Assembly: GCA_963736855.1 (NCBI GenBank)
Contig: CAVTQK010000009.1
Coordinates: 160,001 to 224,000, forward strand
Source of the DNA: an uncultured delta proteobacterium
Lineage (GTDB): Bacteria; Desulfobacterota; Desulfobacteria; Desulfobacterales; UBA2156
DNA length: 64,000 bases
Direction: 5' to 3'
Shown: piece by piece, positions 11,774 to 22,235 of the stretch
How the letters are laid out: each line of letters starts with the position of its first letter
Numbering within the stretch: the first letter of the stretch is position 1
Notes under the pieces: generated by a model
Told to the model about the DNA's origin: nothing
Databases searched by the model: none
What the model saw: the letters and a program-made list of their open reading frames with translations, nothing else
Program-made: the position numbers and the translations under genes

Positions 11774-12268
11774 CTACAGGTCGTATAGGGTTTCATCCCT
11801 TTTGGGAACAATCCTTCTCATTGCACCGGCCTTACCTTTTTTCTCGGGCATAAGAAATGGTTCCTCTTCTCCCAAAAGATCCCCCATCTCGGCCTCCACT
11901 TGTTCAGGGTCCTCTCCTTTCTCCATACGAGTCAACGCCTCCTGCATTTTTGGGCTCAACTGCATGCCGGTCATATCCGTGAGCTTGCGCATGAGATTTG
12001 CCGCCTGCTTCGGATCATTCTCATCGATTTTATCCGCCTGCCCGGCCAACATGTTCATGGCCTGTTCCATCTTGGACTCGTCAAAGGGCAAATTGTCCAT
12101 CTCCCCGGGTTCCTTTGCCTTTCCGGTAAAAGCAAAGCGCGATATTTGGCGTGTCAGCTTCTGATCTTTGCATTTAGGGCAATTGGGCTTTTTGGAGATA
12201 TTGACGGTTTTTGAATAGAAACTGTAGATGGTGTTACACTGTTTACAGAAAAATTCATAAATCGGCAT
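11774..12268 (-). CDS. FmdB family zinc-ribbon protein
   Basis: MPIYEFFCKQC...CPKC...ISRF. Confidence 0.85.
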   Translation of the reverse strand: MPIYEFFCKQCNTIYSFYSKTVNISKKPNCPKCKDQKLTRQISRFAFTGKAKEPGEMDNLPFDESKMEQAMNMLAGQADKIDENDPKQAANLMRKLTDMTGMQLSPKMQEALTRMEKGEDPEQVEAEMGDLLGEEEPFLMPEKKGKAGAMRRIVPKRDETLYDL

Positions 12269-12312
12269 AGCAGAATCCCCCCAATTCGATCGATGGTCAG
12301 TAGTAGGAAATA

Positions 12313-12341
12313 AAATTAGCTTGGATCTTTTTTTGTGTCAA
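12313..12341 (-). promoter_or_regulatory. Putative sigma70 promoter
   Basis: TTGACA-17-TAATTT upstream of the FmdB-like gene. Confidence 0.55.
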
Positions 12342-12576
12342 CCCCGCTGCTTCCATACAACATCGTGCCGTCTGCGCAAAACGCAAGTTGTTCCGGTCGT
12401 TGACTTGTCATCAGACGTCTGCTATTCCAGCCCAAAACTATACCCTGCAGTTGCATAAAAAACATGACAAAGAATAGAAAAAAGGATGATAACAGGGCAT
12501 TTGAATAAGTTTAGGCATGGCTTGCGAATAAACTTTTGATGACTTCTAAAGCAAATAAAAAATTTATCATGTTTTT

Positions 12577-12701
12577 TACCCGGAGGGAAAGTCGAAAATG
12601 TCCCATCTCCTTCGTTGCCGAGGGCTCGCAGTAAAATACTACGGCTTCGCCCTTGGACGCCTTGGATCCGGGGCATCCTCGGCTTTTACAATAGTAGGGT
12701 A
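12577..12701. repeat. Palindromic intergenic element upstream of ndk
   Basis: Nested imperfect inverted repeats TACCC/GGGTA, AAAGTCGA/TCGGCTTT and ATGTCCC/GGGGCAT. Its left end recurs at 34218-34242 (24/25 identical). Confidence 0.55.
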
Positions 12702-12730
12702 TCTAACCCTTGAGAAAGGAATTGGTCTTA

Positions 12731-13147
12731 ATGGAAAGAACGCTTTCGATCATCAAACCCGACGGGGTGTCCCGGGGGCTGATCGGCGAAGTCATCAGGC
12801 GATTTGAGAAAAACGGCATCCGGATTGCCGCCATAAAAATGATCCATATGACCCGGAAACAAGCACAAGGTTTTTACGCCGTGCACCGGGAGCGCCCCTT
12901 CTTCGACAGCCTCACTCAATTTATGTCCTCCGGTCCCGTGGTCGTTATGGTTCTAGAGGGTGAAAACGTCATCGAAAAAAATCGGGCCCTGATGGGCGCT
13001 ACCGATCCTGCTAAAGCCGCCGCAGGAACGATCCGCCGAGACTTTGCGACGGAAATCGAGAAAAATGTGGTTCATGGATCAGATTCCCCGGAAACCGCTG
13101 CGTTTGAGATCGGGTATTTTTTCAATCGGTTCGAAATCGCCGCCTGA
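12731..13147 (+). CDS. ndk: Nucleoside diphosphate kinase
   Basis: [23 protein letters not shown]. Confidence 0.97.
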   Translation: MERTLSIIKPDGVSRGLIGEVIRRFEKNGIRIAAIKMIHMTRKQAQGFYAVHRERPFFDSLTQFMSSGPVVVMVLEGENVIEKNRALMGATDPAKAAAGTIRRDFATEIEKNVVHGSDSPETAAFEIGYFFNRFEIAA

Positions 13148-13911
13148 TGCCGGAAAAGGTGAATCTGAATCATGTAGCCATCGTCTTACACCGGCCCCGG
13201 TATCCGGAAAATATCGGGGCCGCTGCCCGGGCCATGAAGAATATGGGAATCCGGAACCTGGTAGTGGTGGACCCCCAGGATTGCGATCTGACCCGGATCT
13301 TGAAAATGGCCACTCACTCCGCCATCGAGGTGGTGGAGGAGATGGAAGTCGCCGGACACCTGAAAGAAGCCCTTGGGCCTTTCGGATACGTGGTGGGAAC
13401 CACAGCCCGCACCGGAGGCACCCGCCACGGCATCCAATCTCCGTCGAAAATGGCTCAGACTTTAATCCCCATCTCCAAGGAAAACCGTATTGCCGTCGTC
13501 TTCGGTCCCGAGGACAGAGGCCTTAGCAATGCAAACCTCAGACTTTGCCATATGCTGGTCACCATCCCCACTTCCTGCTTTTCCTCCCTCAACTTAGCCC
13601 AAGCCGTGATGATCATCTGCTACGAGCTGTTTTCTGCCGGTTCCCCGAAAGCAACCGAGGTTGCCGACCGCCTGGCCACGCGGCATGAGCTGGACGGCAT
13701 GTATGACCAAATGAAAGACATCCTGGTCCGAATCAATTACATCAACCCGGAGAACCCGGACTTCTGGATGGCCAAAATCCGCCGGTTTTTCACCCGGATG
13801 CAGCTTCGGGCGGGAGAGGTCTCCATCCTCCGGGGAATCTGTCGACAGATCGACTGGTACAGCCGAAAATGTTATCTGGACGGAACGAAAGATAAGGAGA
13901 CGAGGCCATGA
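13147..13911 (+). CDS. trmJ: tRNA/rRNA methyltransferase, TrmJ/LasT (SPOUT) family
   Basis: NIGAAARAMKNMG, VFGPEDRGLSN, SLNLAQAV. Confidence 0.88.
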   Translation: MPEKVNLNHVAIVLHRPRYPENIGAAARAMKNMGIRNLVVVDPQDCDLTRILKMATHSAIEVVEEMEVAGHLKEALGPFGYVVGTTARTGGTRHGIQSPSKMAQTLIPISKENRIAVVFGPEDRGLSNANLRLCHMLVTIPTSCFSSLNLAQAVMIICYELFSAGSPKATEVADRLATRHELDGMYDQMKDILVRINYINPENPDFWMAKIRRFFTRMQLRAGEVSILRGICRQIDWYSRKCYLDGTKDKETRP

Positions 13912-14747
13912 GACTGATCCGATTCGGACCCAAAGGACAAGAGAGACCGGGACTTCTTAAGGGAAATCGCATCGTGGATCTGTGGACGCGTTTCCCGGAT
14001 ATGCCGGATATTGGAGAAGATTTTTTTCGACGTGGCTGGCTGGAAAAAGTCCGCAGGACAACAGATCCCGGCAAACCCCTGGATACCCGTTGGGGATGCC
14101 CCGTCATTCGACCCTCGAAAATCATTTGCCTGGGTAAAAACTATCCTGAACACGCCCGGGAAGGCGGTTTTGCACCTCCAAAAGCTCCGCTTCTGTTTGC
14201 TAAAGCCCCTAGCGCCCTTACCGGTCCCGGGGATCCCATCCTGCTTCCTATCAGCAGCGGCCAGGTGGATTGGGAGGTGGAACTGGCTGTTATCATCGGA
14301 AAAGAAGGGAAGCGGATTTCAAAAGAGTCCGCCTTGGAATTTGTTGCCGGTGTCTCGGTCATGAACGACGTGTCCGCAAGGGAGGCCCAGTTCGGCGACT
14401 CCCAGTGGTTCCGGGGTAAATCCTTCGATACCTTTGCACCCCTCGGCCCATGTCTGGTCACCCTCGATGAGATCCCGGATCTTCCCAAGCTTAAACTGAC
14501 CACAAAAGTGGACGGGGTCCTCATGCAGGAAGGTCTTGCCGGAGAGATGCTCTTCGATATCCCGATGCTGCTTTCGTTCATCAGCCAGGACATCACGTTT
14601 TTGCCCGGAGATGTTCTATCCACCGGAACGCCGAGCGGGGTGGGGATTTTCCGGGATCCGCCCATTACGCTCAGGGCCGGAAACGTGGTTGAATGTCACA
14701 TTGAGGGGATCGGATCCCTGGTCAACCCGGTTGTCTCGGAAACGTAA
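13908..14747 (+). CDS. Fumarylacetoacetate hydrolase family protein
   Basis: KIICLGKNY, DWEVELAVIIG, NDVSAR, GKSFDTF, TGTPSGVG. Confidence 0.93.
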   Translation: MRLIRFGPKGQERPGLLKGNRIVDLWTRFPDMPDIGEDFFRRGWLEKVRRTTDPGKPLDTRWGCPVIRPSKIICLGKNYPEHAREGGFAPPKAPLLFAKAPSALTGPGDPILLPISSGQVDWEVELAVIIGKEGKRISKESALEFVAGVSVMNDVSAREAQFGDSQWFRGKSFDTFAPLGPCLVTLDEIPDLPKLKLTTKVDGVLMQEGLAGEMLFDIPMLLSFISQDITFLPGDVLSTGTPSGVGIFRDPPITLRAGNVVECHIEGIGSLVNPVVSET

Positions 14748-14868
14748 TCCCTGAACCCTTTAAACTACAACAACGAGCCCATTTCCCCGTTTCTGAATTT
14801 ATGTTCCAAAGGTTGGATTGAAATAATCTGCATGGCATGATGAAAAGACTGGGGGTTATGAACCCTTT

Positions 14869-16665
14869 TTAGTCTTTTCCAGATTTCAGAACCGAAAGGA
14901 AGGCGGACTGGGGAATCATGACCTGACCCACCATCTTCATCCGTTTTTTTCCTTTTTTCTGCTTCTCTAAAAGCTTCCTTTTTCGCGTGATGTCCCCCCC
15001 GTAGCATTTTGCCGTGACATCTTTGCGGAAGGGCGAAATGGTGGTCCGGGAGATGATCTTGGAACCGATGGCCCCCTGAATGGCCACCTTGAACATCTGC
15101 CGGGGGATCTCCTCTTTGAGGCGTTCGCACGCGAATCGAGCCCTTTCTTCGGCCCGCTCCCGATGAACCAGCTGGGAAAGGGCATCCACCCGCTCGCCGT
15201 TGATGAGGATATCCACCTTCACCAGTTCGGTCCCCCGCCAGTCGAGGATATCGTAATCGAAGGATCCGTAACCCTGGGTGACGGACTTGAGCTTATCATA
15301 AAAGTCGTAAATGACTTCAGCAAGAGGAAGTTCGAAGCTCATCTCGAGGCGTTCACTGGTCAGATACTGATAGTTGATACTGATCCCCCGACGATCCATG
15401 CACAACTTCATGATCGCTCCCATATATCGTTCGGGGGTAATGATGGTGGCCCGGATAAAGGGTTCTTTTGTTTTTTCGATTTGACTCGGATCCGGATACA
15501 ACGCCGGATTATCGATCATGACCGTTTCGCCGCTGCGCATAATGATCTCATAGCGAACCGTAGGGGAGGTCAAAATAAGGGAAAGGCCGTATTCCCGCTC
15601 CAAGCGCTCCTGGACCACCTCCAGATGAAGCAGCCCGAGAAACCCGCATCGAAATCCAAAGCCGAGTGCCGCCGAGGTGTCTTTTTCGTAAGTCAATGCA
15701 GCATCGTTGAGCTTGAGCTTTTCGATTGCAACAGCCAACTCTTCATAATCGTCGGACTGGATCGGATAGATCGATGAAAAAACCACCGGTTTCGATGCCT
15801 TGAATCCAGATAAGGCTTTGTCGCACGGCTGATCCCGGTGGGTGACGGTATCCCCGCACCGCGTATCACTGACGGTTTTGATCCCCGCGATAAAATATCC
15901 CACCTGACCCGCTTTCAGTTCCTTTTGGGGGACCCGAACGATCTGAAAAATCCCCGCCTCTTCAACCCGGTAGACCGCCTGATTGGACATGAAGAGGATG
16001 GAATCTCCTGGCTTCAGGATCCCCTCAAAAATGCGAATGTGGACAATGGTACCCCGGTAAGGGTCGTAGTTGGAATCGAAAATCAGCGCCTTCAAGGCGG
16101 CCTCGGGATTCCCTGTCGGCGGAGGAAGCTTTTCAACGATCCGTTCGAAAACCGCCTCGATGCCGATCCCCTCCTTGGCTGAAATGAGGAGGACATTTTC
16201 GGCATCGAGCCCAAGATCTTCTTCAATCTGCTTTTTGGTCCGCTCAATGTCCGCAGACGGGAGATCGATCTTGTTGATGACCGGGATGACTTCGAGATTG
16301 TGCTCCAGGGCCAGGTAGAGATTGGCCAGAGTCTGGGCTTCGACTCCCTGACTGGCATCGATCAAGAGGAGCGCGCCTTCGCAAGAGGCCAGGGCGCGGG
16401 AGACCTCATAGGTGAAATCCACATGACCAGGAGTGTCGATGAGGTTGAGGATATACGATTTTCCGTCTTGGGTCGCGTAGGGCAGGCACACGGTCTGGCT
16501 CTTGATGGTGATGCCTCGCTCCCTTTCGATATCCATGTTATCCAGAATCTGATCGTAAAAATCCCGATCCGAGACGATATGCGCCTGCTGGATCAATCGA
16601 TCCGACAGGGTGGATTTGCCGTGATCGATATGGGCAATGATGCTGAAGTTGCGGATATTTTCCAT
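14869..16665 (-). CDS. lepA: Elongation factor 4
   Basis: IRNFSIIAHIDHGKSTL, DTPGHVDF, KCYGGDITRKRKLLEKQK. Confidence 0.98.
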   Translation of the reverse strand: MENIRNFSIIAHIDHGKSTLSDRLIQQAHIVSDRDFYDQILDNMDIERERGITIKSQTVCLPYATQDGKSYILNLIDTPGHVDFTYEVSRALASCEGALLLIDASQGVEAQTLANLYLALEHNLEVIPVINKIDLPSADIERTKKQIEEDLGLDAENVLLISAKEGIGIEAVFERIVEKLPPPTGNPEAALKALIFDSNYDPYRGTIVHIRIFEGILKPGDSILFMSNQAVYRVEEAGIFQIVRVPQKELKAGQVGYFIAGIKTVSDTRCGDTVTHRDQPCDKALSGFKASKPVVFSSIYPIQSDDYEELAVAIEKLKLNDAALTYEKDTSAALGFGFRCGFLGLLHLEVVQERLEREYGLSLILTSPTVRYEIIMRSGETVMIDNPALYPDPSQIEKTKEPFIRATIITPERYMGAIMKLCMDRRGISINYQYLTSERLEMSFELPLAEVIYDFYDKLKSVTQGYGSFDYDILDWRGTELVKVDILINGERVDALSQLVHRERAEERARFACERLKEEIPRQMFKVAIQGAIGSKIISRTTISPFRKDVTAKCYGGDITRKRKLLEKQKKGKKRMKMVGQVMIPQSAFLSVLKSGKD

Positions 16666-16790
16666 AGTGTGTTGTGTCTTGACCCAAAAGCCGATTGACA
16701 CCCTCTGCGCTTTCGGTTATCAGTCGGGGAGTTTTCTCTATCAGAGGCGGAGACGTTGTGTCAACCTAAACCCGGGAAGCCTGCAACATA

Positions 16791-17720
16791 ATGGAATCAC
16801 GAATCCTCATCGTCGAAGACGACGCTATTTTATTGAACTTTTTAAGCGACTACCTCGAAATCGCAGGATTTCAGCCCACTGCGGTCACCAACGCTGAGAC
16901 CGCCCTAAAGCTCTTGGATGAAAACGGGTTCGAAGTCGTCGTCCTCGATATCATTCTTCCAGGAATGAGCGGCCTGGATATGACGACAAGCATCAAGAAA
17001 AAATGTGATGTAGACGTGATCCTCATGACTGGGTACCAGGACGATCACTCCTATGAGATGGCCATTAAAAGCGGAGCAAGCGACTTTATCATCAAACCTT
17101 TTCGAGCAGAAGAGCTTTTACTGCGCATCAAACGTGTCATCCGGGAAAGGGAGCTGAACAAGGAACGCGGCCGGATCATGGAAAAATTGAAAAAACTGGC
17201 CACAACCGACGGTCTCACCAAGCTTTTCAACTCCCGGCATTTCTACAATCAGCTTCGACTGGAAGTGGAGCGCACCATCCGATACGCCCACCCCCTTTCC
17301 CTGCTGTTCATCGATATCGACAGGTTCAAGGTTTACAATGACCGGTACGGCCACCTGGAAGGAGACAAGGTCCTTGCCAGGCTCGGTGAAATCATTAAGT
17401 CTTGTCTTCGGAGGATGGATTCTGCGTATCGGTACGGGGGCGAGGAATTGACGGTAATCCTTCCTGAAACCCCGGCCGACGAGGCCCGGGTGGTGGGCGA
17501 ACGGATCCGATCCACTATCGAAAATGAGCTTTTCATGGTGGGATCCGAGGTAACCGGAAAAATCACAGTGAGTATCGGCGTTACGGAGTATCGGCCCCCC
17601 GAACCTATCGCCGAGTTCATCAACCGATCCGACCGGGCCATGTATGATTCAAAACTCCAGGGTCGAAACCGGATTTCGATCCATACCGCAAAAATCGGCT
17701 CCACGCAGGATCACTCCTGA
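16791..17720 (+). CDS. Response regulator diguanylate cyclase (REC-GGDEF)
   Basis: REC ILIVEDD...LDIILP...KP; DGLT...DIDRFK..ND.YGH; I-site RRMD; GGEEL. Confidence 0.92.
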   Translation: MESRILIVEDDAILLNFLSDYLEIAGFQPTAVTNAETALKLLDENGFEVVVLDIILPGMSGLDMTTSIKKKCDVDVILMTGYQDDHSYEMAIKSGASDFIIKPFRAEELLLRIKRVIRERELNKERGRIMEKLKKLATTDGLTKLFNSRHFYNQLRLEVERTIRYAHPLSLLFIDIDRFKVYNDRYGHLEGDKVLARLGEIIKSCLRRMDSAYRYGGEELTVILPETPADEARVVGERIRSTIENELFMVGSEVTGKITVSIGVTEYRPPEPIAEFINRSDRAMYDSKLQGRNRISIHTAKIGSTQDHS

Positions 17721-17737
17721 CACTATTGAGCGCTTCT

Positions 17738-18709
17738 TTAGGATTCTATCTCGACTGTCAATAACAGGTCTCCCCGGGTGCCGTCCGGCATCTGCTTTCC
17801 CATGCCCTTGAGTCTCAGCCGGCCTCCTTGACGGGTATCAGCCGGAATCGAAACCCTGAATATCCGCTTTTGAAACCCCCATGGAACATTGACCAGCTTC
17901 CGAGTCCCTACCAGGGCTTCGAAGGGGGTGATCCTCATCGTCCCGTAGAGGTTGGGATCCTCCCCGGTCCCGGTGGGCTGTACCATTTGAAGGCGATGGC
18001 CGGTCTTTTTTTCCGTGACGCGGTTGACTATATTGCTGATGCCCGTCAACGGCAATGCATCAAAGAGTTTCAAAAAGAGCATGCCGAAGACAAACCCTCC
18101 GATGTGGGCCCACCAAGCGATACCGCCCCCGGCACCCTGGCTTCCGGCAGCACTTAAAAACTGAAAAAGAAACCATATGCCCAAAAACAGGTACGCCGGC
18201 ACCTCGATAAAATATGGGATAATCAAGATGGGGATCAATGTCAGCACTTTGGATCCCGGAAAGGCTATAAAATAAGCGCCCATGACCCCGGCGATGGCGC
18301 CACTGGCCCCGATGGTGGGAACATTCGAATGGTAGTTGATCAACAGATGTGAAATGCCCGAGGCCAGTCCGCAGAGAAGATAAAAAAACAGGTACCGCAG
18401 GGACCCAAGCCGGTCTTCCACATTATCTCCGAAGATATATAAAGACCACATGTTCCCCAGAAGGTGGAAAAACCCGCCGTGAAGAAACATGAATGAAACC
18501 AGGGAAAAAAGCTGCTGTCCTGTGGAAAAATGGGCGGCAATCTGGTCCACGGAATATCTGGCCGGTACCAAGCCGTAAAAATAAACGAACCGATTCAGCC
18601 CCGGGCCCAGCCCCGTTTGGATGAAATAGACGAAAACATTAAGCGTAATAATGCCGTAGGTAACGACAGGATATTTTCTGGAAGGAATGGTGTCTCGAAT
18701 CGGAATCAT
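17738..18709 (-). CDS. Rhomboid intramembrane serine protease with DnaJ C-terminal-like domain
   Basis: MFLHGG..HLLGNM, GASG, AHIGG; C-terminus ITPFEALVG...VSIP...GGRLRLKGMG...GTRGDLLLTV. Confidence 0.9.
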   Translation of the reverse strand: MIPIRDTIPSRKYPVVTYGIITLNVFVYFIQTGLGPGLNRFVYFYGLVPARYSVDQIAAHFSTGQQLFSLVSFMFLHGGFFHLLGNMWSLYIFGDNVEDRLGSLRYLFFYLLCGLASGISHLLINYHSNVPTIGASGAIAGVMGAYFIAFPGSKVLTLIPILIIPYFIEVPAYLFLGIWFLFQFLSAAGSQGAGGGIAWWAHIGGFVFGMLFLKLFDALPLTGISNIVNRVTEKKTGHRLQMVQPTGTGEDPNLYGTMRITPFEALVGTRKLVNVPWGFQKRIFRVSIPADTRQGGRLRLKGMGKQMPDGTRGDLLLTVEIES

Positions 18710-18730
18710 GGACCTTGGCCCCTGTTTGGG

Positions 18731-19570
18731 TCAAGCAATCGGTACAATATCCATGCTCAGGTCAACGGATCGCGCCGAATGCGTCAAGGCGCCGATGGAA
18801 ATGAGATCCACACCGCATTCGGCAAGAAGAGGAAGATCCTTTTTCTGGACCCTTCCCGAGACCTCCACCAAAGCCCTGCCGGCAATCAAGGCTACCGCGT
18901 CGCGGATCTTCGGAATATCCATATTATCCAGCATGATCACGTCGGCTCCGGAATCCAGGGCTTCCCGGACTTGATTAAGATCGGTCGCTTCAACCTCGAT
19001 CTTGTGCAAGTGAGAGACGTGTTTTTGGATCTGTGTGACAGCCTCGCGAACTCCGCCGCACATCTGGATATGATTGTCCTTGATCAGGATCCCGTCATAA
19101 AGGCCCATCCGGTGGTTTTGCGCTCCTCCCATCCGAACGGCATATTTTTCAAGGTAACGCCAGCCCGGTGTGGTTTTTCGGGTATCCACGATCTTGGCTT
19201 TCTTTCCCTTAACCGCCTTCACGTAGCCGGCGACATGGGTAGCGATCCCGCACAGACGCTGGAGAAAATTGAGCGCCGTGCGCTCTCCCGTAAGTAGGGC
19301 GCCCAGATTCCCTTCGGCCTCAAAAACCACCGATCCGGCCTGCACGGATTCCCCTTCCTTTCGGGAAGATCGAACTTGGACGCCGGCATCCAGCATGGAA
19401 AAGACCTTTGTTACCACAAAAAGTCCTGCCAGAATCATGCGTTCCTTTGCAACGATTTTAGCAAGTCCTGTCTGATCAGGGGAAACCAGCGGGAGCGTAG
19501 TAATATCCCCCGGTCCGATATCCTCTTCCAACGCCATTTCAATCAACCGTCGAAGGGCCGGGCTGTCCAT
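18731..19570 (-). CDS. nadC: Nicotinate-nucleotide pyrophosphorylase (carboxylating)
   Basis: GERTALN, DTRKTTPG, HRMGLYD, IKDNH, IMLDN. Confidence 0.97.
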   Translation of the reverse strand: MDSPALRRLIEMALEEDIGPGDITTLPLVSPDQTGLAKIVAKERMILAGLFVVTKVFSMLDAGVQVRSSRKEGESVQAGSVVFEAEGNLGALLTGERTALNFLQRLCGIATHVAGYVKAVKGKKAKIVDTRKTTPGWRYLEKYAVRMGGAQNHRMGLYDGILIKDNHIQMCGGVREAVTQIQKHVSHLHKIEVEATDLNQVREALDSGADVIMLDNMDIPKIRDAVALIAGRALVEVSGRVQKKDLPLLAECGVDLISIGALTHSARSVDLSMDIVPIA

Positions 19571-19571
19571 T

Positions 19572-22235
19572 TCAGCGGATAATCTCCTGGATGCGTCTTA
19601 GATTTGTTTCGAGCTTCAGATGTCGTTCAGCCATAAGCTCGCGCTTCTCTTCAACCTTTTTTACGATTTCCGGAGGTGCTTTCCTCAAGAAATCCTCGTT
19701 GTTGAGCTTTGCGGATAGAGTTCCCATCTCGCCGGTCAGTTTGCCGATCTCCTTTTCGAGTCGTTGGCCTTCCTTGGAAAAATCGACCACGCCCTCCAGG
19801 AGCGTGAAGACCGTGGCACCATCCACAACCGTGATGGCCGCCATTTTAGGCTTCGGGCCATCGACAGACAGAGAAAGTTCTTTCAGTTTGGCCAGGTTAA
19901 CGAGGATATCCCGATGATCCTGAAGGGAATCCAACAACTCTGCGTCATTGGCATGTATCACGACTTCGAGAGGCATAGAGGGTGGAAGCCCCATCTCTCC
20001 GCGAACATTACGCACCCCGGAAACGATCTCCATGATACGAATCATCCGACTTTCCGATGACGGATCGAAAAATGCATCGGTCGGATCCTTTGAATCTCCC
20101 GGGAACCGGGCCTTCATGATGGAACCCGTTACACCGGGAAGCTTGTTCCAGATCTCTTCTGAGATAAAAGGCGCAAAGGGATGGAGCAGGATCATCACTT
20201 CACCCAGGACATGGTACAAAACAGCCTGGGTCTCGAGTTTTTTCTTTTCATTAACTTTCCCGTAGAGAACCGGCTTGACGATTTCGATGTACCAGTCGCA
20301 GAACTCATGCCAGACAAACTGGTAAAGAATCCCCGCACCATCATTAAAACGATAAGTGTCCAGCGCCTCGGCGATTTCCCCGGCAACGCGGTTCTTCCGG
20401 GATAGGATCCATCGATCGGGAAGGGAAAGTGTTTCCGGATCCGAAACAGGTAACTCCTTTTCGATGTGCATTAGGGAAAATCTCGCCGCGTTCCAGAGTT
20501 TGTTCATGAAGTGTCGATAACCTTCCACGCGTTTTTCAGACATCTTGATGTCTCTCCCCTGTGCTGCAAAGGCCACCAGGGTGAAGCGAAACGCGTCGGT
20601 GCCATACTGTTCGATGATGTCGATGGGGTCGATAACGTTGCCCGAAGATTTGCTCATTTTCTTCCCCATCTCGTCGCGTACCAACGCATGAACATAGACA
20701 TCATGGAAAGGGACCTCTTTCATGAAATGAAGACCCATCATCATCATCCGCGCCACCCAGAAAAAGAGGATGTCGAAACCGGTGACGAGAACGGATGTGG
20801 GGTAAAACGTCTTCAGAAGAGGGTTTTCCTCGGGCCATCCCATGGTGGAAAAGGGCCACAGCGCAGAGGAAAACCAGGTGTCCAGCACATCGGTCTCCTG
20901 AACCAAGCGGTCGGACCCGCAAGAAAGGCACCTTGCAGGTGTTTCCATTGCTACCGTCACTTCCTCGCAGGATGCGCAGGTCCAGGCAGGGATTTGGTGC
21001 CCCCACCAGATCTGGCGTGAAATGCACCAGTCCTTTATATTACGCATCCAGTCGAAATAGGTCTTGGTCCAGACCTCCGGTATGATGCGGGTCTTTCCGG
21101 TTTCAACCGCAGCAATGGCTTTTTCCGCCAAAGTTTTGGTCCGGACAAACCATTGCCTGGAGAGATTCGGTTCGATGAGGGTGCGGCAACGGTAACAATG
21201 CCCGATGCCGTGCTGATAGGGCTCCATTTTTTCGAGCAGCCCCTCTTTCTTAAGCGCCTCCACAACGGCTTTCCGGCAGGCAAACCGGTCCATTCCAACA
21301 AACCGACCTGCCTCTTTTGTCATGATGCCGTCGTCTCCGATGACTTTAACGGAGGCAAGATTGTGTCGAGCGCCGATATCGAAGTCGTTGGGATCGTGGG
21401 CCGGGGTGATCTTGAGGGCACCGGTGCCGAAGGCACGGTCCACGTAATCGTCCTTGATGATGGGCAGTATCCTTCCGACCAGGGGGAGGCGAACAGCGGC
21501 AAAAGGCAGATTTTGATATCTTTCATCCTCAGGGTTGACGGCCACGGCCGTATCTCCCAGCATGGTCTCCGGCCGCGTGGTGACGACCACTAAACCTCCC
21601 TCGCCGGTCTCGGACGGATATCGGACATGGTAGAGGTGTCCTTCGTGCACTTCGTGTTCCACTTCTAAATCCGCCAGTGCCGTCCGGCATCTGGGGCACC
21701 AGTTGATGATATAGTCGCCGCGATAAATCATTCCTTCCCGGTAAAGCTCCACGAAAACCTTGCGCACAGCTCGGGAGAGTCCCTCATCCATGGTGAACCG
21801 TTCACGCTTCCAATCGCAGGACGCACCCAGACGTTTTAGCTGGTTGATGATGGCGCTCCCGTATTTTTTCCGCCACGCCCAGACCGCCTCGATGAATTTC
21901 TCCCTTCCCAGCCGATGGCGATCCGTTCCTTCCTCGGCGAGTTTCTTTTCAACCACATTCTGGGTGGCGATTCCCGCATGATCGGTGCCGGGCATCCATA
22001 GGACATTATCCCCGCGCAACCTCCGATAGCGGCAAAGCACGTCCTGCAGGGTGTTGTTAAGGGCATGCCCCATGTGGAGGACCCCTGTCACATTAGGCGG
22101 GGGGATCACGATGGAGTAAGCAGGCGCTGAGGATTTCTCTTTTGCCTCAAACAATCCCTCTTCTTCCCAAAAGGCATACCAGCGCTTTTCCACAGCATGC
22201 GGATCATAACTCTTTTCTAGCATATTGATACTCAT
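19572..22235 (-). CDS. valS: Valine--tRNA ligase
   Basis: PPPNVTGVLHMGH, DWCISRQ, KMSKS. Confidence 0.98.
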   Translation of the reverse strand: MSINMLEKSYDPHAVEKRWYAFWEEEGLFEAKEKSSAPAYSIVIPPPNVTGVLHMGHALNNTLQDVLCRYRRLRGDNVLWMPGTDHAGIATQNVVEKKLAEEGTDRHRLGREKFIEAVWAWRKKYGSAIINQLKRLGASCDWKRERFTMDEGLSRAVRKVFVELYREGMIYRGDYIINWCPRCRTALADLEVEHEVHEGHLYHVRYPSETGEGGLVVVTTRPETMLGDTAVAVNPEDERYQNLPFAAVRLPLVGRILPIIKDDYVDRAFGTGALKITPAHDPNDFDIGARHNLASVKVIGDDGIMTKEAGRFVGMDRFACRKAVVEALKKEGLLEKMEPYQHGIGHCYRCRTLIEPNLSRQWFVRTKTLAEKAIAAVETGKTRIIPEVWTKTYFDWMRNIKDWCISRQIWWGHQIPAWTCASCEEVTVAMETPARCLSCGSDRLVQETDVLDTWFSSALWPFSTMGWPEENPLLKTFYPTSVLVTGFDILFFWVARMMMMGLHFMKEVPFHDVYVHALVRDEMGKKMSKSSGNVIDPIDIIEQYGTDAFRFTLVAFAAQGRDIKMSEKRVEGYRHFMNKLWNAARFSLMHIEKELPVSDPETLSLPDRWILSRKNRVAGEIAEALDTYRFNDGAGILYQFVWHEFCDWYIEIVKPVLYGKVNEKKKLETQAVLYHVLGEVMILLHPFAPFISEEIWNKLPGVTGSIMKARFPGDSKDPTDAFFDPSSESRMIRIMEIVSGVRNVRGEMGLPPSMPLEVVIHANDAELLDSLQDHRDILVNLAKLKELSLSVDGPKPKMAAITVVDGATVFTLLEGVVDFSKEGQRLEKEIGKLTGEMGTLSAKLNNEDFLRKAPPEIVKKVEEKRELMAERHLKLETNLRRIQEIIR

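Noticed and set aside
17428..17452. GGEEL instead of GG[DE]EF as a sign of an inactive cyclase
   Set aside because: The acidic residues and other motifs are intact; the last position is not decisive.
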